Source: Sarea resinae
Taxonomy: Eukaryota
Reading direction: 5' to 3'
DNA: 64,000 nucleotides
Assembly (NCBI GenBank): GCA_026026165.1
Contig: JAPEUD010000027.1
Location: 124,001-188,000, forward strand
The stretch's first letter is position 1. The number at the start of each line of letters is the position of its first letter. Position numbers and translations under genes: made by a program. The notes beneath the pieces are model-generated. The model was not told the origin of the DNA. It saw only the letters and a list, made by a program, of their open reading frames with translations, and made no database searches. Shown piece after piece: positions 13,705 to 27,926 of this stretch.

Positions 13705-14628
13705 GAAGACGACTGCCAAATAGATAAGATGAATGTACTCGAGAAGTCAGACCTTCAGCAGTCAAGGGCGTGAGAATGACGTATATACACCTACCACCGG
13801 CAGGGCCTGACCACCTCGTTGGGCTATGACATATGTCACAAGTGCGGTAGGGCCAATATTGGCATTCGCGTACGGGGTTCTTCTCATACACCTGCAGTTG
13901 AGGAATGCTCCTGAATTGGTCTGAAACTTCAATCATGCAATGGGGCTTGCGTAGCTACCTGTCCATGAATGCGGGGTAGATGTTAGATTCGTGCATCTTC
14001 TATCCAGATAGTCCCTCGGATTGCCTTGCTGCGCAGTAAAATCCTCGAGGAGCACCCTGTACACAGTGAAAGCAGAAAGGGAAAACTAAGTAAACAAAAT
14101 ATAGCGCCGATAGTATTACCAGACAAACCCCTCAGACATCAAATGCGCACCTTCTACACACACACACACACACTGGTACATGCGACATGAATCAGAGATA
14201 CATTGGTCCGTTTTAAATCAGAAGGATGACTTGAATTGAAATTGCATGTTTAGATTGGGGACCGAACGTGGAGGACTACCTGCAGGACTCCCTGGCTGGT
14301 GGGTTGGCGGATACTCCTTGGACAACGGGCGTTGCTAGGTCGCTAAGCCGCTTTCGGCAACTTGTTTTGCACCGTCGCTACTGCCGACTACCGAGAGAGA
14401 GAGAGAGAGAGATCATCCTGGTACTTGACTCTAATAGCTCGACCCTCCAGATCCCATTTGCTTTGCTTCACTTTGCACCTTCTTCCTCCAGCGCGCCATG
14501 CTAACGGAGTCCCCTTTCCTACACGCAATTTGTGCGGAAGCTACTTTTCGTTAAGCATCAAGCTCGCACTGGATCGGGGAACTGTCACCGTTTGAAGTCG
14601 GCTGCCACAATTGTTTACTGAAGGCGCA

Positions 14629-16754
14629 ATGGCGGACGAGTATCAGGTACTAGAGGAGCTGGGGAGTGAGTTCATCCACACGCAAGGGGAGACTACACTG
14701 CACTGCATATGCTGATCATCCATCTGCAGGTGGGAGTTTCGGCGTTGTCTATAAGGCCATCGAGAGAGCGACTGGAGAAGTCGTTGCTATCAAGCATGTA
14801 GGCAGCACATGTCCGCATGCCTCTCTTTCCGTACTGACGGTGGCAGATTGATCTTGAACAGAGTTCAGATGACATCGACGAGATTCAGCAGGAGATTGCT
14901 GTTCTCAGCACATGTGCTAGTCCTTTTGTTACTCAGTACCGAACGAGTTTCTTGCGCGGGTATAAGTTATGGATCGTCATGGAATATCTTGGAGGAGGGT
15001 CGTGCTTGGATTTGGTATGTCCCACGGCCGAACAAATATGCAGCAGGCATTCCTGACTGATGCAGCTCAAACCTGGTCCGTTCAACGAAGGGCACATCGC
15101 CATTGTCTGTCGTGAATTGCTTCTTGGTCTGGACTATCTACACCAAGAAGGCAAGATACATCGGGACATCAAGGCCGCTAATGTCTTGCTTGCGCAATCG
15201 GGAAAAGTCAAGCTGGCAGACTTTGGGGTTGCAGCTCAACTCACGAATATCAAATCCCAACGCAATACCTTTGTTGGAACGCCCTTTTGGATGGCACCTG
15301 AGGTCATACAGCAGGCTGGATATGATTTCAAGGCTGACATCTGGTCTTTGGGGATCACTGCCATGGAGCTTGTCAATGGAGAACCTCCTAATGCAAGTGT
15401 TCACCCGATGAAAGTGCTTTTCCTTATTCCAAAAGCGCCGGCCCCACGTTTAGAGGGCGGCAACTACAGTCGAGACTTTAAGGAGTTTGTGGCAGCTTGT
15501 TTGGTCAAAGATCCGGATCGAAGACCGTCAGCAAAGGAACTCTTGAGGCATCGTTTCATACGAGGGGCTGGCAGAGTCGAGGCTCTACAAGAGTTGATTG
15601 CGAGAAGACAGGATTGGGATGGAGCGCGGGGGAGGACACCTCACGCTAGATACTACGAGGAGACGATGTGCGCTTCATTCATCTTGATAAACGGAACGTC
15701 GCTGATGTGAAGCAGGAACACGATGACACCCAAAGAAGAAAAGGATGAATGGGTCTTCGATACCATCAAAGCCCCCACTATCGCTCCTGCAAAACACAAC
15801 ACCCAAAAACGTCGAAAACGATCTGTCATCTCCATCAACGCGGCCTCTCCACCCGAGGACCAACTCCGTGCCTTGAACCTGAATGCAGCACCCCTGTACG
15901 AAGAGCCACCCTCTCCGACCTCTACTGTCCGCCGCAACGAAAACTGGGACTCTTCCGCCCTCAAACTCGGCAGCTTGCCAACATCAAGACGGCAGAGCAT
16001 GCAGAAGCAGCCTCTAGTGCCAGACATGAGCTTCGGCAACAGCGGCTCTACTGTCAGACAATTCAGGCGCGTATCAGATAATTCACCTGATATCTCACCC
16101 GAGGCATCTCTCATGGGCAACGGTAGAGAGGAAAATCGGCCTCCGCTGTCTTCCGAGTCGGTAACGAGCAAAGAGGCAAAACTCGGCCGCAAGACGTATA
16201 CGAGAGCGATTGATTCGGCCTTCCAGGAGGCACATGCGCAGACAAGCTCGCGCGTGAAGAGAGAAGCCATCGCAAGGGTAGCAGATGCGTGGAGTGCGTT
16301 TGACGCTACTGATCCAGAGGGCGAGTATCAGCTGCTCAAACTCATGATGGAGAAGATCCAAGGCGATCCCAAACTCGCCAGCCTACTCCTCCCTGCGTCA
16401 TCAACATCGTCATCGGCATCAACAAGCGCAGCGTCTTCTTCTACGTCTACATCAACAAACGCATCCACTCCACCCTCTCGCACGTCTTCTGTCCAGAGAC
16501 AGTCTGCCCAGCCCCCGAAACTCGTCCTAGCGCAAAACAACCCCCACCTCAAGAGCCATCGGCGCCGTCAATCTTCTAGCGCTTCCACGTCCGCTAGCCC
16601 CGAGAAGAGGCAGAAAGAAAAGGACGACGAGGCTAAGTTGATGAAGAAGCTGCCGGGGCAGGTTGTTCCGGGCATGGAGCACACGAAGGAACTTGCCGAT
16701 GTGCTGTATGGACGATGGACCGAGGGGCTGGCTATGCGATGGCCTGTCCAGTGA
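14629..16754 (+). CDS. STE20/GCK-family Ser/Thr kinase, most like septation-network Sid1/SepL
   Basis: [46 protein letters not shown]; low-complexity C-tail ending [13 protein letters not shown]. Confidence 0.88.
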
Positions 16755-18188
16755 GTTGGTATCGAACGAGTGCTGATGTACAACCGACCGAGGACGCGGC
16801 CAAGCTGCATGGATGTTCTCTTCCGTCTTCTCTGCTCTTCTCGACTGAGGCGAGAGGTGTTTTTATTACATTGTTGTAATATAGCTTGCTTGCTTGCTCC
16901 TGGTGTCTATCCCTTTGGATTTCCTTGTTTTCGGAAAAATGGGAAGCGGGAAGCATGCATCATCTGGCGTCTCCGTCTCATCGATTTCGTAGTCTGATTT
17001 TTTTTTCTGTGGGTCTCTGGCCCTGGCTTTGGCTTTGACTCTAGCTCTGGCGGGGAAAAGGGGGGCATATTTGGTTGGTCTGGCACGCGGGTCTATCGCT
17101 TTTTCTTTCGATACCACTCTACTACTCTTGATTGTTCTGTTATATTTCTGGCATCCGCTGCATTTCCTTTGCCTTTTCCTCTTTCGTCTCCATTCTCTCG
17201 ATTAGGGGTCCACTCGCTCTCGGCCGACTTCCTGCACACATGGGCGTTTTTAATCATCGTCATACGGCGCGCGCGTATTTTCGTTTGTAATTTTCTTCTC
17301 TGCCCTTTACTTGCACTTGTTTTCTCTTCTCTTCCATCAAGCGTTACCTCAGGGGAGAGTTTGGTTATAGGACGAGGAGAAATCGGTGACCTGGGAACAG
17401 TCGCAGCAGCACGTGGATGTATGTGTGTGTGCGTGCGTGTGTCTTTGTATGTATGTAGAACAATTTGGACGGTTTGAGAAGGCGATCAATAACAGATTCA
17501 TATAAATGCTTTTGAGTCTCTAGCTTTTGCATGCCTTTGTTCGTGATCCAAGGTGGGGGATAGTGCACGTTTTAGCAATGTGACATGCGATGAGTGATTG
17601 ATAGAGCTATTTTTGATTGGTTATCAGCTAGTATAGCTAGTATATCTAGTGTAGCTTGTATAGCTAGTACACTAAAGGGGAGGAGGGACTTCCTCGGAGA
17701 GGGTGAGTCTATGTGCCAGATATACGCTCAATATTGTTCTGTCTTCCATCTACCTTTTATGAGGGTTCTGTTTATTTTCTGCCCTAGAGCCCCTTTTCTT
17801 GCTCTCTTACATCCATCTCCACCTTTCCCTCTTTCATCCCTTAGCCCCTAGCCCCTAGCCCTTTCTCCCGCTGTTGGATCTTGCGGATTTTTCTATGATT
17901 TTGAGACGGTTAATCTATTTCATTCGGTCGTTGATTCGTTTGTTCGTTTGTTCGGTCGTTCGTTCGGGTTTTGTTCGATTGTTCGGGTTGTGCGTTATCA
18001 GATAGATTGAATGGATGAATGAATAAGCATGACTCCCGCATTCATGCAAATCGTTCGCTCGTTAGCTAGCTAGCTAGCTAGTCTACTTCTTGTTTTTTTT
18101 TTTTTGTTTTTTTTTTTTTGCTTGCTTTTGGTCCTTGGTCCTTGGTCATTCATTCGATTTTTTGGGTTTTCTTTGGGGGGGGGGGCAT

Positions 18189-19698
18189 CTATCGTCTGAA
18201 GGCTTTGAGTTCGCGCCGCCTGTTTGGTTTGGGGAAGTGATTGGTCGGTTAGTTAGTTTGTTTGTTTGTTCGTTTCGTTGGGATTGGTGGGATTGGTGGG
18301 GGGAATGGATATGATGGTGTGGGAGGACGGGATGAGAGATGAGATGAGGTGAGATGAGATGAGAGTTGAGATAAAGTGAAAAGAGAAAAGAGAGAAAAGA
18401 GAAAAGAGAAAAGAGGCAAGAGCTTGACTGAGCAATGACATACCACCAATCCCGGAACGACATGGTCGAGACGTCGATGCCCAAATCCTTGAGTACGGCC
18501 GTGTCGAGATGGCAATCATAGGGTCGCTGCACCGCGCTGGCTGGGTCGTTGCCCTCTTTGTTGGCCACCATGCCGACCTCGTGGCTCTCTGATGGTGATG
18601 ACGACGATGCGGTCGAAGACGATGGCGACAGCGGCAGGCCCAGCACGTCGGCGGCCAGGAGCTCGCAGATGCCGTACTTGGTGTAGCGGTCCTCGGACGA
18701 GAAATGCAGGATCGGCGGCAGCTGCCTCGTCGCAGTCTCGTCGTCGAGGTTGTCGACGTACAGCGCCACGACGTCGCGCGCCACGCGGCCCACGTCTTCC
18801 GTGTTGGTCGGGTACCGGATCGCCCAGTCGTCCATGACCACGCGCTGCTGCTGCGCCTTCCACACGGCGTCGACGAGCACGTTGACCGCGCTCTCGGCGT
18901 TGCCGCTTTCCGCGCTCACGGAGCCGTACAGCACCGGCACGCGGAGCACGACGCCCAGCCCCGGGTGCGCTTTCGTGGCTTCGAGCAGCGCGATTTCGCC
19001 CTCGCGCTTCGTGGCGCCGTAGATGTTCGGTGGCGCCGTGGGTGCGGTGGGTGCGTAAGGGGCATCGCCCGGGGTGCCGGGGAAGACGTAGTCAGTGGAG
19101 ATGTAGAGGAGCACGATGCGGCGCGCGGTGCAGAGGTGGGAGAGCAGGGAGGTGGCGGTGACGTTTAGGGCTTTCGTGGCTTCGGGCTGGCTGGCGCAGG
19201 TGTCGGGGTGACGGTTCGCCGCGCCTGTGGAGATCTGTCAGATGTGATTGAAAGGGGGGAGAGAAAAGAAGAGGGGGAGGGGATGCGCACAGTGAACAAC
19301 AGCCTGCGGTCTTTATTTTCTCGAATGAGATCTTGCAGTCGGCATCAGCTATACTTTTAAACGCATGGAAGGCACAGAAGCGCATTTCCTCAACTACCCT
19401 CCTTCCTTTACCCCTCTCCGACCACTTTCCCCCATTACCCCTTTCCCCTTTTTCCCATCAAGCCCAGATCCATTCTAAAACAAACTGCAGAAAAAGATAA
19501 GACGCACCTCACACTCTCCAGCACCTTCTCCACAGCGCCCGCATCCGTGATATCGACCTTCAAGGTGCCCTGTGCCGGGTCCGCGCGCGTCAATCCCGTA
19601 CCCACGACATCCCAGCCGCCTGCCCGCTCGAAGGCCTTGACGACCTGACGGCCCAGCAGGCCCGTGGCGCCTGTCACGAGGACGGTCTTGTTGGGCAT
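18189..19698 (-). CDS. NAD(P)-dependent RmlD-like epimerase/reductase (MAT2B-like)
   Basis: VLVTGATGLLG Rossmann motif, HCAA, YISTDYVF, YGATK (YxxxK), RYPT; last exon RRELKAFRR* after a microsatellite-rich intron. Confidence 0.88.
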
Positions 19699-20416
19699 GC
19701 TCTGATAGACGGGCGAGATGAGGGAGGATAAGAGATGGTTGTGGGAGGGTTGGGTCTTGCTTCTGTCGTTGGGAGTTGGGAGACTGTACTTTACTTTACT
19801 CAGTAGTGGGGTGGTGGAAGCTTAGCTAGAGGTGTGACGGCGGGGTTCGATGGATTGTTTAGTGTGGCCCGTGCGCTGACGTGCGCTAGCGGGCTCTATT
19901 TATGTCGTGCTGTTGATCTCTTCAGCACCGTCACTTTATACCCCGGAATACAGATCGAACTGAGTAAAAGGTTATTGCTGTTATTCCCTTGGGTCGCTTA
20001 GAGCATCGCATATCGCATGTCATTACCCCTATGCTACTAGAGTGAGAGATCTAAAAGGGGGATATGTACTGAGACAACCCGTCCATGGCTCAAAGGACCA
20101 TTGCTCAAATCAAAAGCTCCCAAGGCGTCTGACTGCCCTTTCTCCCGCTTGCTCGCTCTCTCTAACATGTTAAACAGCAGGAGGATCCTCGTCTCTATAA
20201 CCCGAGATAAAACGCCACATTATATGGTATCTGTATCCTTCCCTCCCAGTCCGTCCGCCCAGTCTCGTCCACCACGTCGAACTCACAGTTCATCCTATCA
20301 TTATCTTCATATGTCTTGCATTCGCATTCATCGTCGAACGCCCGGCGCACGAACTCATCCCGTCAAAGAGCTGAATACAGATGCCTTTTGATATACCCTC
20401 AGATCCTCGCAGCCCC

Positions 20417-21771
20417 TCAGGAAGCTTGGTAAATTTTGAAACTAGCAAATTCCCAATACGCATTGGTAAACGCGCTCGGGTTGTCCGTCACGTACTGAGT
20501 GCAGTTTCCGGGACAGTGACTCTTTGTTGTGTAGTAGGCCGTCGATGAGGCCCAGGAGCCGCAGAGGTCGATGTTGGCGATGATGCTCTGATTGCGGAAG
20601 TGCGTGCTGATATCACAGTCTGTTGAGGGGAAGTCGGCAAGAGCTTCACCCCAGGTGGAGGGGTCGGGGGCGGTCGTATTGGTGGAGTCAGTAGAGATGT
20701 CGGAGGGGATAGAGGCGCGTGGGAAGAACCACACGCGTATTCCAGCGGTGCGCCATTCCATTGCGTAAACCTAGAGAGGAGGCATGTTAGGAATAGATCG
20801 TGGACAGAGCCCGAATTTGGACAGAGGACAAAAGTCTGTAAAGGAAAAAGGAACATACGCCGCCACCATTTTGATTCAGAGCCTCGCCATATGTGTCTTC
20901 CGGAGAAAGCACCGCGCAACCAGTATTATCATCGGTACCATTCCAGCAGTTCTTAGTATGCACCGTACCAGTCTCCTTACGCTTCGCGTTCATGGTGCAG
21001 CCCTTGGTCGTATGCAAGGTCATCTGGTTGCCAGTCGTGGCGGTATTGACGGCTTCCACGACGTCGATCTCGCCATTCGTTGGCCAATTAGCTGGATCGG
21101 CGAGCCAAAGCGCCGGCCACGTGCCACAGCCGTACGGGGTGTGTAGGATGTCGAAGACAAAAAGACCGCTGTTGTATTGATTCTTCGACTCGACGCGAAC
21201 GGAGCGGCGGCCGGTCGAGGAGTCGACATTGGCTGTCGTGTCGACCTTGAGAACGGCGGAAGAGTTGGTGGCATGAGTTAGGTTGACCCACGCAGCGCCC
21301 GGACCGTCGACGTAGCTGTGCGATTCCATGAGTTTCCGGCCTCGTTTGAGGATTTCGAGAACTCACTGAACAAAACCTGCGGCCGGATCGTAACCGCTGA
21401 AATAGTTGAAATTGTCAAAGAAATCGGATCCCGAGTCTGCAAAACGAAAGTCAGTCAGAACGCCGAGAAAGCCAACATCGACACCTACAAGTATCTTTCA
21501 ATGTGTACGTGAGCTTGGTATAGTCCGGATATTTGCTCGACTTGGTCCCCTCGACCGCGCCGACGACGACGGCGACGATGATGACGACCAAAGCCACACC
21601 AAGAGCGATAAAGGTCTTGCGACCCCAATTGCGCGGATGCCATGGCGACCCGACGGTCGTCTTGCCCACCTGATAGCCTGTAGACGGGTCTCCCTGCATC
21701 AGGTCGACGTTGGAGGTGGAGAAGCCGTTCTTGCGACGACCCATCATGTCGCCGATGGGCGCGAAAGACAT
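20417..21771 (-). CDS. GH16 endo-1,3(4)-beta-glucanase with N-terminal signal anchor
   Basis: Catalytic WPTNGEIDVVE, PYGCGTWPALW, GRRSVRVES, NIDLCGSWA, AFTNAYWEF; hydrophobic anchor IALGVALVVIIVAVVVGAV. Confidence 0.9.
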
Positions 21772-23245
21772 GGTGGGCGAGGGCAGGAACTCGGCGCGGG
21801 ACTGAAACGATTGAAAGGCTTGACAGGCAAACCAACACAGATAGCGAGTGACACTTGCAAACGATGGACGATTCGATGTATTATTACCGTGGCAGCAAGG
21901 AAGAATGGAGAGAAGATGGGGAGCTTGAAAGAGTGAGAGAGCGGGAGAGTGAAGGGATCGATGGACGGACTACGTCTGGATGGATTTGACAGCTCATTCG
22001 TTGCACGGACGACGCCGAAAAGCAACATTCAGATATGCCCGTCCCCTACGCTCAGCCCGTTGATCGTCTGCATTCGTCCCCCAGGGAGGGTGAGGACCGA
22101 CTTGGGTGGTGAGTTGACGTCCATGGATGGCTGACGCGTGTCGGGCTCCACTTAAGTCGCAATGCGAATCGACTCTATTCGCATTGCGACTTCACCATGA
22201 GACCGGCCTGAGACATCATCCATGGAGACTCGATGGAGATGGACATGAGACATCAGCTATGCGGCGAATTCAATTCTATTTGAGGACCGTACGGTGCCGC
22301 CCTGCGGTATTCGATGTATTCTATCCTATGACATTTGACATCCAGAGAGAATCCTCTTCTGGCTTTTGGAAGCGTCGATGCTGCTTCACTACTTCGTTGA
22401 AGAGCGCAGTCTCGAGTAGAGGTGAAGTTATCGCCACTAGCACTACCCCCCGTACGCTAGAGTACCTTACGAGTCCCTCTACTCCGTAATTGTAACGACA
22501 GGTCGGGCGACTTCAGGGAAGGGAGGACGTTCCTGGTCCCGTCCCACCTTAGGCCCCTTCAGATTGTTGCTATTTTCATCTGTGCAATGTACGAAGTACC
22601 TTACAAAGTACTGCCTCGTCATCGCGAAGGCGTCCACTAGGTACCCGTCACCATAGGAGACGAACACCCCATCATGCAACCCTACCGCAGTACTATTACG
22701 AATTACTCCGAGTACATAAGGTAGGTAGTAAGTGGGAATAAGAAAAACCACAACACTTTTGATCGATGGTGGCTGCGGGCCTTCTCAGCATGTCTCGATT
22801 AGATGATGCGTCTACAGGTAGCTCTATTATATAACTGTCATGTATCGGATCAAGCTCGAGGCAAATAGCAAGGGAAAGCGAAGACGAAAGCTCAATGCGA
22901 GGCTCGTCGATCTGGATTTATCGCCGCGCGTGCCCGGCGGAAAAAGGACCAGGACTCAGAGAGAGCGAGAGAGCGCTAGCAGGTGAGAAGAGTATAAAAT
23001 CGGGTGCATCGTTGCTCGTCGCTCATGTATCATGGCCCCCGCGCGAAAATAGAGTAAAGAATTCGAGGATATTTGTTCCGTGAACATATGAAGCGTGAGA
23101 TCACCAACGCCAACCCGCTCGAGCTAAAATGCAGCAACGCTAAGTCGTAGATCATGCCGCAATAGGACCTTCGAAGGAGTAAAAGATAGATATATGTTTG
23201 CTGAAGAGAACGGCTCTCGGTTGGCCATGCCTATCGTAGATGGCT

Positions 23246-25696
23246 CTATACGGTCGGCATACCCTCGTTGCTGTCCTGTATCTTCATACCACCAGGAGCG
23301 GTCTGCAGTGTTTGCCACTGCATGCCAGAGTAAGCAATGATGGCATTGAAAGCAGCATCGCGATCTTTCACAGCGTCTATTGTGATAGACGTGTCATCGG
23401 TGAACGTGAAAGCCAGCCGCCCCAAAGAGACCAGTTTAGCGATGGAGCTTGTGGGGGGCTGTGATACCGTTAGCATCACCGTTTATTCGAAATTGACAAA
23501 GAGATAATATATCGTTGAGCACGTTGGACGGACCTTTTTCATCTCCACCAGCTCCTGAAATGGCCTTCTCCACAACTCCTTCCTGACAAGGTGGCGCATG
23601 AATCGAATGCCGGTAGGAAAGACGATAAGGCGGCCAGGATTGCCAGACCATTGACATCTGAATGAAACGATGTCATCTCCTTCGAGCAGTTTGGAAGGGC
23701 TGGTTTCGTGCCAGACTGGGCTATCGGCCTCGTCGTCGCTATCGTCGCCGTTTTGATGGCCGTTTCCATCTTCTAATTCGCTCTCGTCTTTCTTGTACCG
23801 GTCCAGGGAGTAATCGCCAATGTAAACAGGTGTAATTGGAGTTGCGCCACCATCTATACTCCCGTCTTCGACTTTCTGCTCCAATAATTTCTCGCGATTA
23901 ATTTGGGCCTGTTCACGAAGATAGTGGAAGGCCCATTCCGCTGCTCATCATTAGCACGACACAGTTTAAATATACGGGAGACTTACCATTTGTCGGAATG
24001 CCCCACAGCACCCACCGAAACGGCGAAACAAGAACCCTGTATCTTGGATAGTGACTGGCAATTGGCCAGCAAACGAAGAAGGCAAGCCCAACGATGAACC
24101 AGAAAATCTTCATGCAGTAAGCCATGTCTGCGAAGAGACAGACGAGAAGGCACGAGAAGAAGAAGAATAATGAGCCGGCGGTTTTCTTAGGGGATTTCCA
24201 AGCGTAGAAACTAATGATGATCAGCGATGTTGAACTCGCGATACTTGAGTACTTCGACGCCTTACTTCAGTAGAATCTCAAGGAGGTTTGCGAGATCCCC
24301 TAGTTGGAGTTGGAGATATGGTCCTAGATCATCCATCAAAGGCCCTAACCATTCGTTCGTACCATGTTTGTCGACCATTTCACTGAATTTGAATGCTACA
24401 GAGCCCCGATTTATGCTTCGCTCTATGGATTCACGCAAGGCGTCAACCGATGTAGGGTAGAAGTAATTCCATGATACGAGGTATATGATGTATCCGTACT
24501 GCTTTAATTAGGGAAGACTTCGAACCTTGTAAGGGTCAATGGGGACTTACAACAAACGCCATGATATACTGATTAGACCAAAGGAATATAAATATGCACA
24601 GCCACTTTCCGGTCTTCATTGGATCTTCCCACCGGTAGACTTGCCGGATATGCATAGCCCACGCCTGCCACGGCGTGCTGGCCATGATAAGTCGCTCGAC
24701 AGAACTTTTCATACTCTCAACATCCAGAGGAAGTAGGTCCACATCATCTACGTATTGCGCGCTGAAATCTTGGCTATAAAAGAGAAGCATCTGAAGGGAA
24801 GACCATCATTGGACCGTGCTAATGTTCAAATGGAGATCAAAACTTACATAGCCAAGCCATTTTGACCAGTCATATCGTATGATGTTCCCATTTTCATCTT
24901 TCTCTGTGAATTCGGAGATTTTCGGACACTTGAATTGGCCCTTGGGAACTACCCGCACCCTATCAACATGTCTGCTGGTCGTCCATGCCACGCGAATTCT
25001 TTCGCGATGGTCTTCCAGAGCCTCCACCGCCTCTTTTCCGTCATTCTGCTTGCTGGGCTCCCTTCCACCAGTTTCTTCTGCAGCCTTACGCTGTTCGCTG
25101 TGAGCCTTGAGGAATTCCAGATCCGCTTTTTGCGAAAGTTGAGGATGCTGCGCTCTCGACACATAGCCGGCAGTCGACCTGGTAGCTTTGTTCTTGATGG
25201 ATTGCTTGGGATGTATAATAGCTGCGCCCACTGTCTGGAGTGTGCCCAGTGTTTTGTCGATGGGACCGCCAACGGTAATGCGGTTCTTGCGCATCAATTT
25301 ATCGGGATTGAAGGCTGGGTTTGACCGGAGGTCTTCCAACGCCGTATCCGAATGACGCGCACGCTCATCCACCCGTTCATATGTGTCGTCCACAAACAGC
25401 AACTGTTTGGCTTTTGACTTTGTCTTATCCTTGAGATGATGAAATTTCGCGTGCCTTGCTGTGTCTCTGTTACGGCCATCTGCGCCATCGGCCAAGGCGA
25501 CCAGCCCGTCAATCTCGGCATTGCTAGCTGTACGTTCCCTCTCGATCGAGGTTTTGGAGTACTCGGTTTCTTGTGGTGCTGAGCCATTGGTGAGCTTCGA
25601 CGGGGACCGTTCATCAGTCAACATAGACTCTGTTTGTAAATCGTTGTCGTCGACTAGGGTTCCCGGAATATCTGGTATGTCGTCCGGTATCTCCAT
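23246..25696 (-). CDS. Multi-pass membrane protein of unknown function with possible C-terminal PH/GRAM-like domain; multi-exon
   Basis: Spliced chain of ORFs with QVYRWEDPMKTGKWL, LQLGDLANLLE, TM segments, SPFRWVLWGIPT and C-terminal GRLIV...DRDAAFNAIIAYSGMQWQ. The domain label is from recollection only. Confidence 0.7.
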
Positions 25697-26390
25697 CTCA
25701 AGATCTAGTGTCGAGCTGGCTGCTAAAGGGGTGAGCTCATACCCTTCTCAGCTTGGTGTGACTGGAGAATCGTGTCAACGGGATCGCAAATTCAGGAATG
25801 AACATGTAGCATTCGAAACACATCGTGAGAGGCCGGCATTGGAGTGGCGCTGTCTACTGTGTATAAGAGCATTCTAGAGAGCAAGGTCAAGCCTACGGAG
25901 TACTGCTGTGGATGGCTTGCGATTGTCGGCTGGTATGGGCCGGCGGTGGCGCTAGAGGCATTTGATGATGCGTGTGGCTGTGGCTGATAAGTGAGGTGGG
26001 AAGTGCCCGCGGGTATCAGGAACAGGCTGGAACCCTTCACCGAGCGTGGCGCTTATGTTTCCCTGTTTGCCATGTGGGAGGGAATGTGGAGAGGTGGACA
26101 CCAAACAAGACCTGAAGCGCATTTTACGATTCGGCGTTCATTACTATTGGCATGGTATTAATGCGATATGCAATGCTCTCCAGCCACCGTGGCGGAATTC
26201 TCTTCCTCTTCGATCGTGGATTGCATCTGCCCAGTGGTCGTACGTGGATGGCCGAATTTCGCCCGAAAACACCCGACCAACTTCACCACCTCAAGTCCGC
26301 CCAACTCTACTCCGGAGTATATCGATCAAAGTACCCTCAGGGATGGGTACTCGTACTTGCACGCAGTGATCGACCGCCAGGTTACGCAGA

Positions 26391-26404
26391 GTACTCCGGA
26401 GTAC
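26391..26404. promoter_or_regulatory. One copy of the recurrent intergenic palindrome GTACTCCGGAGTAC (candidate cis-element)
   Basis: 12-bp core found at 8693, 26308, 26392, 40022, 51686, 53421 and 53800. Function unknown. Confidence 0.45.
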
Positions 26405-26595
26405 ATCCATACATGTAGGCGAGCTTGAAGCTGATCTGGTAGATAAGGTACGCAGATGCATCATGCATCATGCATCATTGGAGAATGGGTCTCGCCAGAC
26501 TTGTATTATGCATTCGTTCACAGCAAGCATTTGCCTCCAGTTCCAGCCTTTCATCGAATCATCCAAAGAAACCCCCGAGCGCCATCCCAATGTCC

Positions 26596-27926
26596 TCAAA
26601 CCACCTTCAAGTCCCTCGATTCGCCATATCCATTGTAGGCAACCCCACGTAGATTCCACTGGGGACAGACGCATTGCACGTTGCCCCCTGCATCGGCTGC
26701 ACGGCTGAAGATCTTCTTCTTGCTCCCTCGTTCCAGCTTGACCGAAGCTTTCCACAGCACCCAGCTCCACTTACTCCGCCCCCCCGTCTCATCTATGATC
26801 TTCGCATTAGCCCAAGACTTGCCGCCATCGGTCGAGACCTCGACCTTGACCACTGGACCTTTGTCTCCGGATGGTAGAGCATACCCGGAGACATTGATCA
26901 AGTTGTTCGGTGGTAGTTTGACGGTATCACCACTTTGGGGTGAAGCAATGACCGAGTTTACGGGCATGTCTTGCACAGGTGGGACCGTATGCCAATATTT
27001 CTTGGCCACTTCCTTATTGATTGCTTCAGGTGGAAGGATCTTGTAGTCGTGCTGCTGGTAAAAGTTTTTGGATTCAGCTAGTTGCACGGTGATGCGATCC
27101 AGCCATTTAACGCAGCGTGCACCAGCCACACCAGGTGCAACAATACGAACCGGATAGCCATGTTTGACTGGCAAAGGCTTCCCGTTCATCTTCGGACGAC
27201 AAGTTAGCGGCGATTGGGCCCAACCCACGTGCAAGACTCACCTCAACCGCCAGAATCACTTCGCCCTCCACGCTCATCCCCCTATCGAGCTCGATGCTTC
27301 CTCCGTACCAGCTATCCTCTTGGCATTGAGTCTGGAAGCAGGCAAAGGCTACATGTGCCTTTTGACCTTTTGGAATCTGGATGCCTGCCTTATTGAGAAC
27401 ATCTCTTAACCTAGGGCCGCGCCATCTGCAATTCATGACCGCGCCATCGCCCCAGTCTATTCCATCGACCTCTTTCAGAAGGGTTCGCATCGTGTGACGG
27501 CGGTTGCCGGCACACTGTAGAGCACACACGACTTCATGTTGCTGAAAATCCTCTTGTATCTGAGATACCGTAAGCTCCAAAATGTTTGACACTGCACCAT
27601 CAACTCGAACGATATGCCGCTCGGCATCTATATGAGGTATTGGCCTTGGTGGTCAATCAGCAGGACTCTCCCTCAGCGTATGGTATGCACAACAAACCCA
27701 TGGTTTCGGTCGTATCCTGATGTCTGGGTGATAAAGCTTGATTTGTTTCAATATATTGCGTAGGCTGTATGCAATTGGGGGAGTGATGGTTTACCTAGCA
27801 ATAAGGTCTGTCACAGGAGGCTCGCGATTGAGAGGGTTTTCGACCGAGTAGTCAACCTGAGACCCAGTCGTGTTAGCCTTCGGCTTCCTCTCAATTGATC
27901 ACGGCATGAGCACTGACAATAACCAT
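26596..27926 (-). CDS. Sulfite oxidase-family molybdoenzyme (Moco + dimerisation domains, no cytochrome b5)
   Basis: PLNREPP, YDRNHG, Moco Cys in LQCAGNRR, HGYPVRIVAPGVAGARCVKWL, KVEVSTDGG, WNLRGVAYN. Start inferred at MVI|VDYSVENPLN. Confidence 0.88.

Noticed and set aside
13702..13773. Possible readthrough peroxisomal extension of DLD2
   Set aside because: Stop context is TGA-GAA and the extension ends SRA, which is not a canonical PTS1.
1..16754. Cytokinesis cluster (septin plus Sid1-like kinase)
   Set aside because: They are separated by five unrelated housekeeping genes; no evidence of functional clustering.
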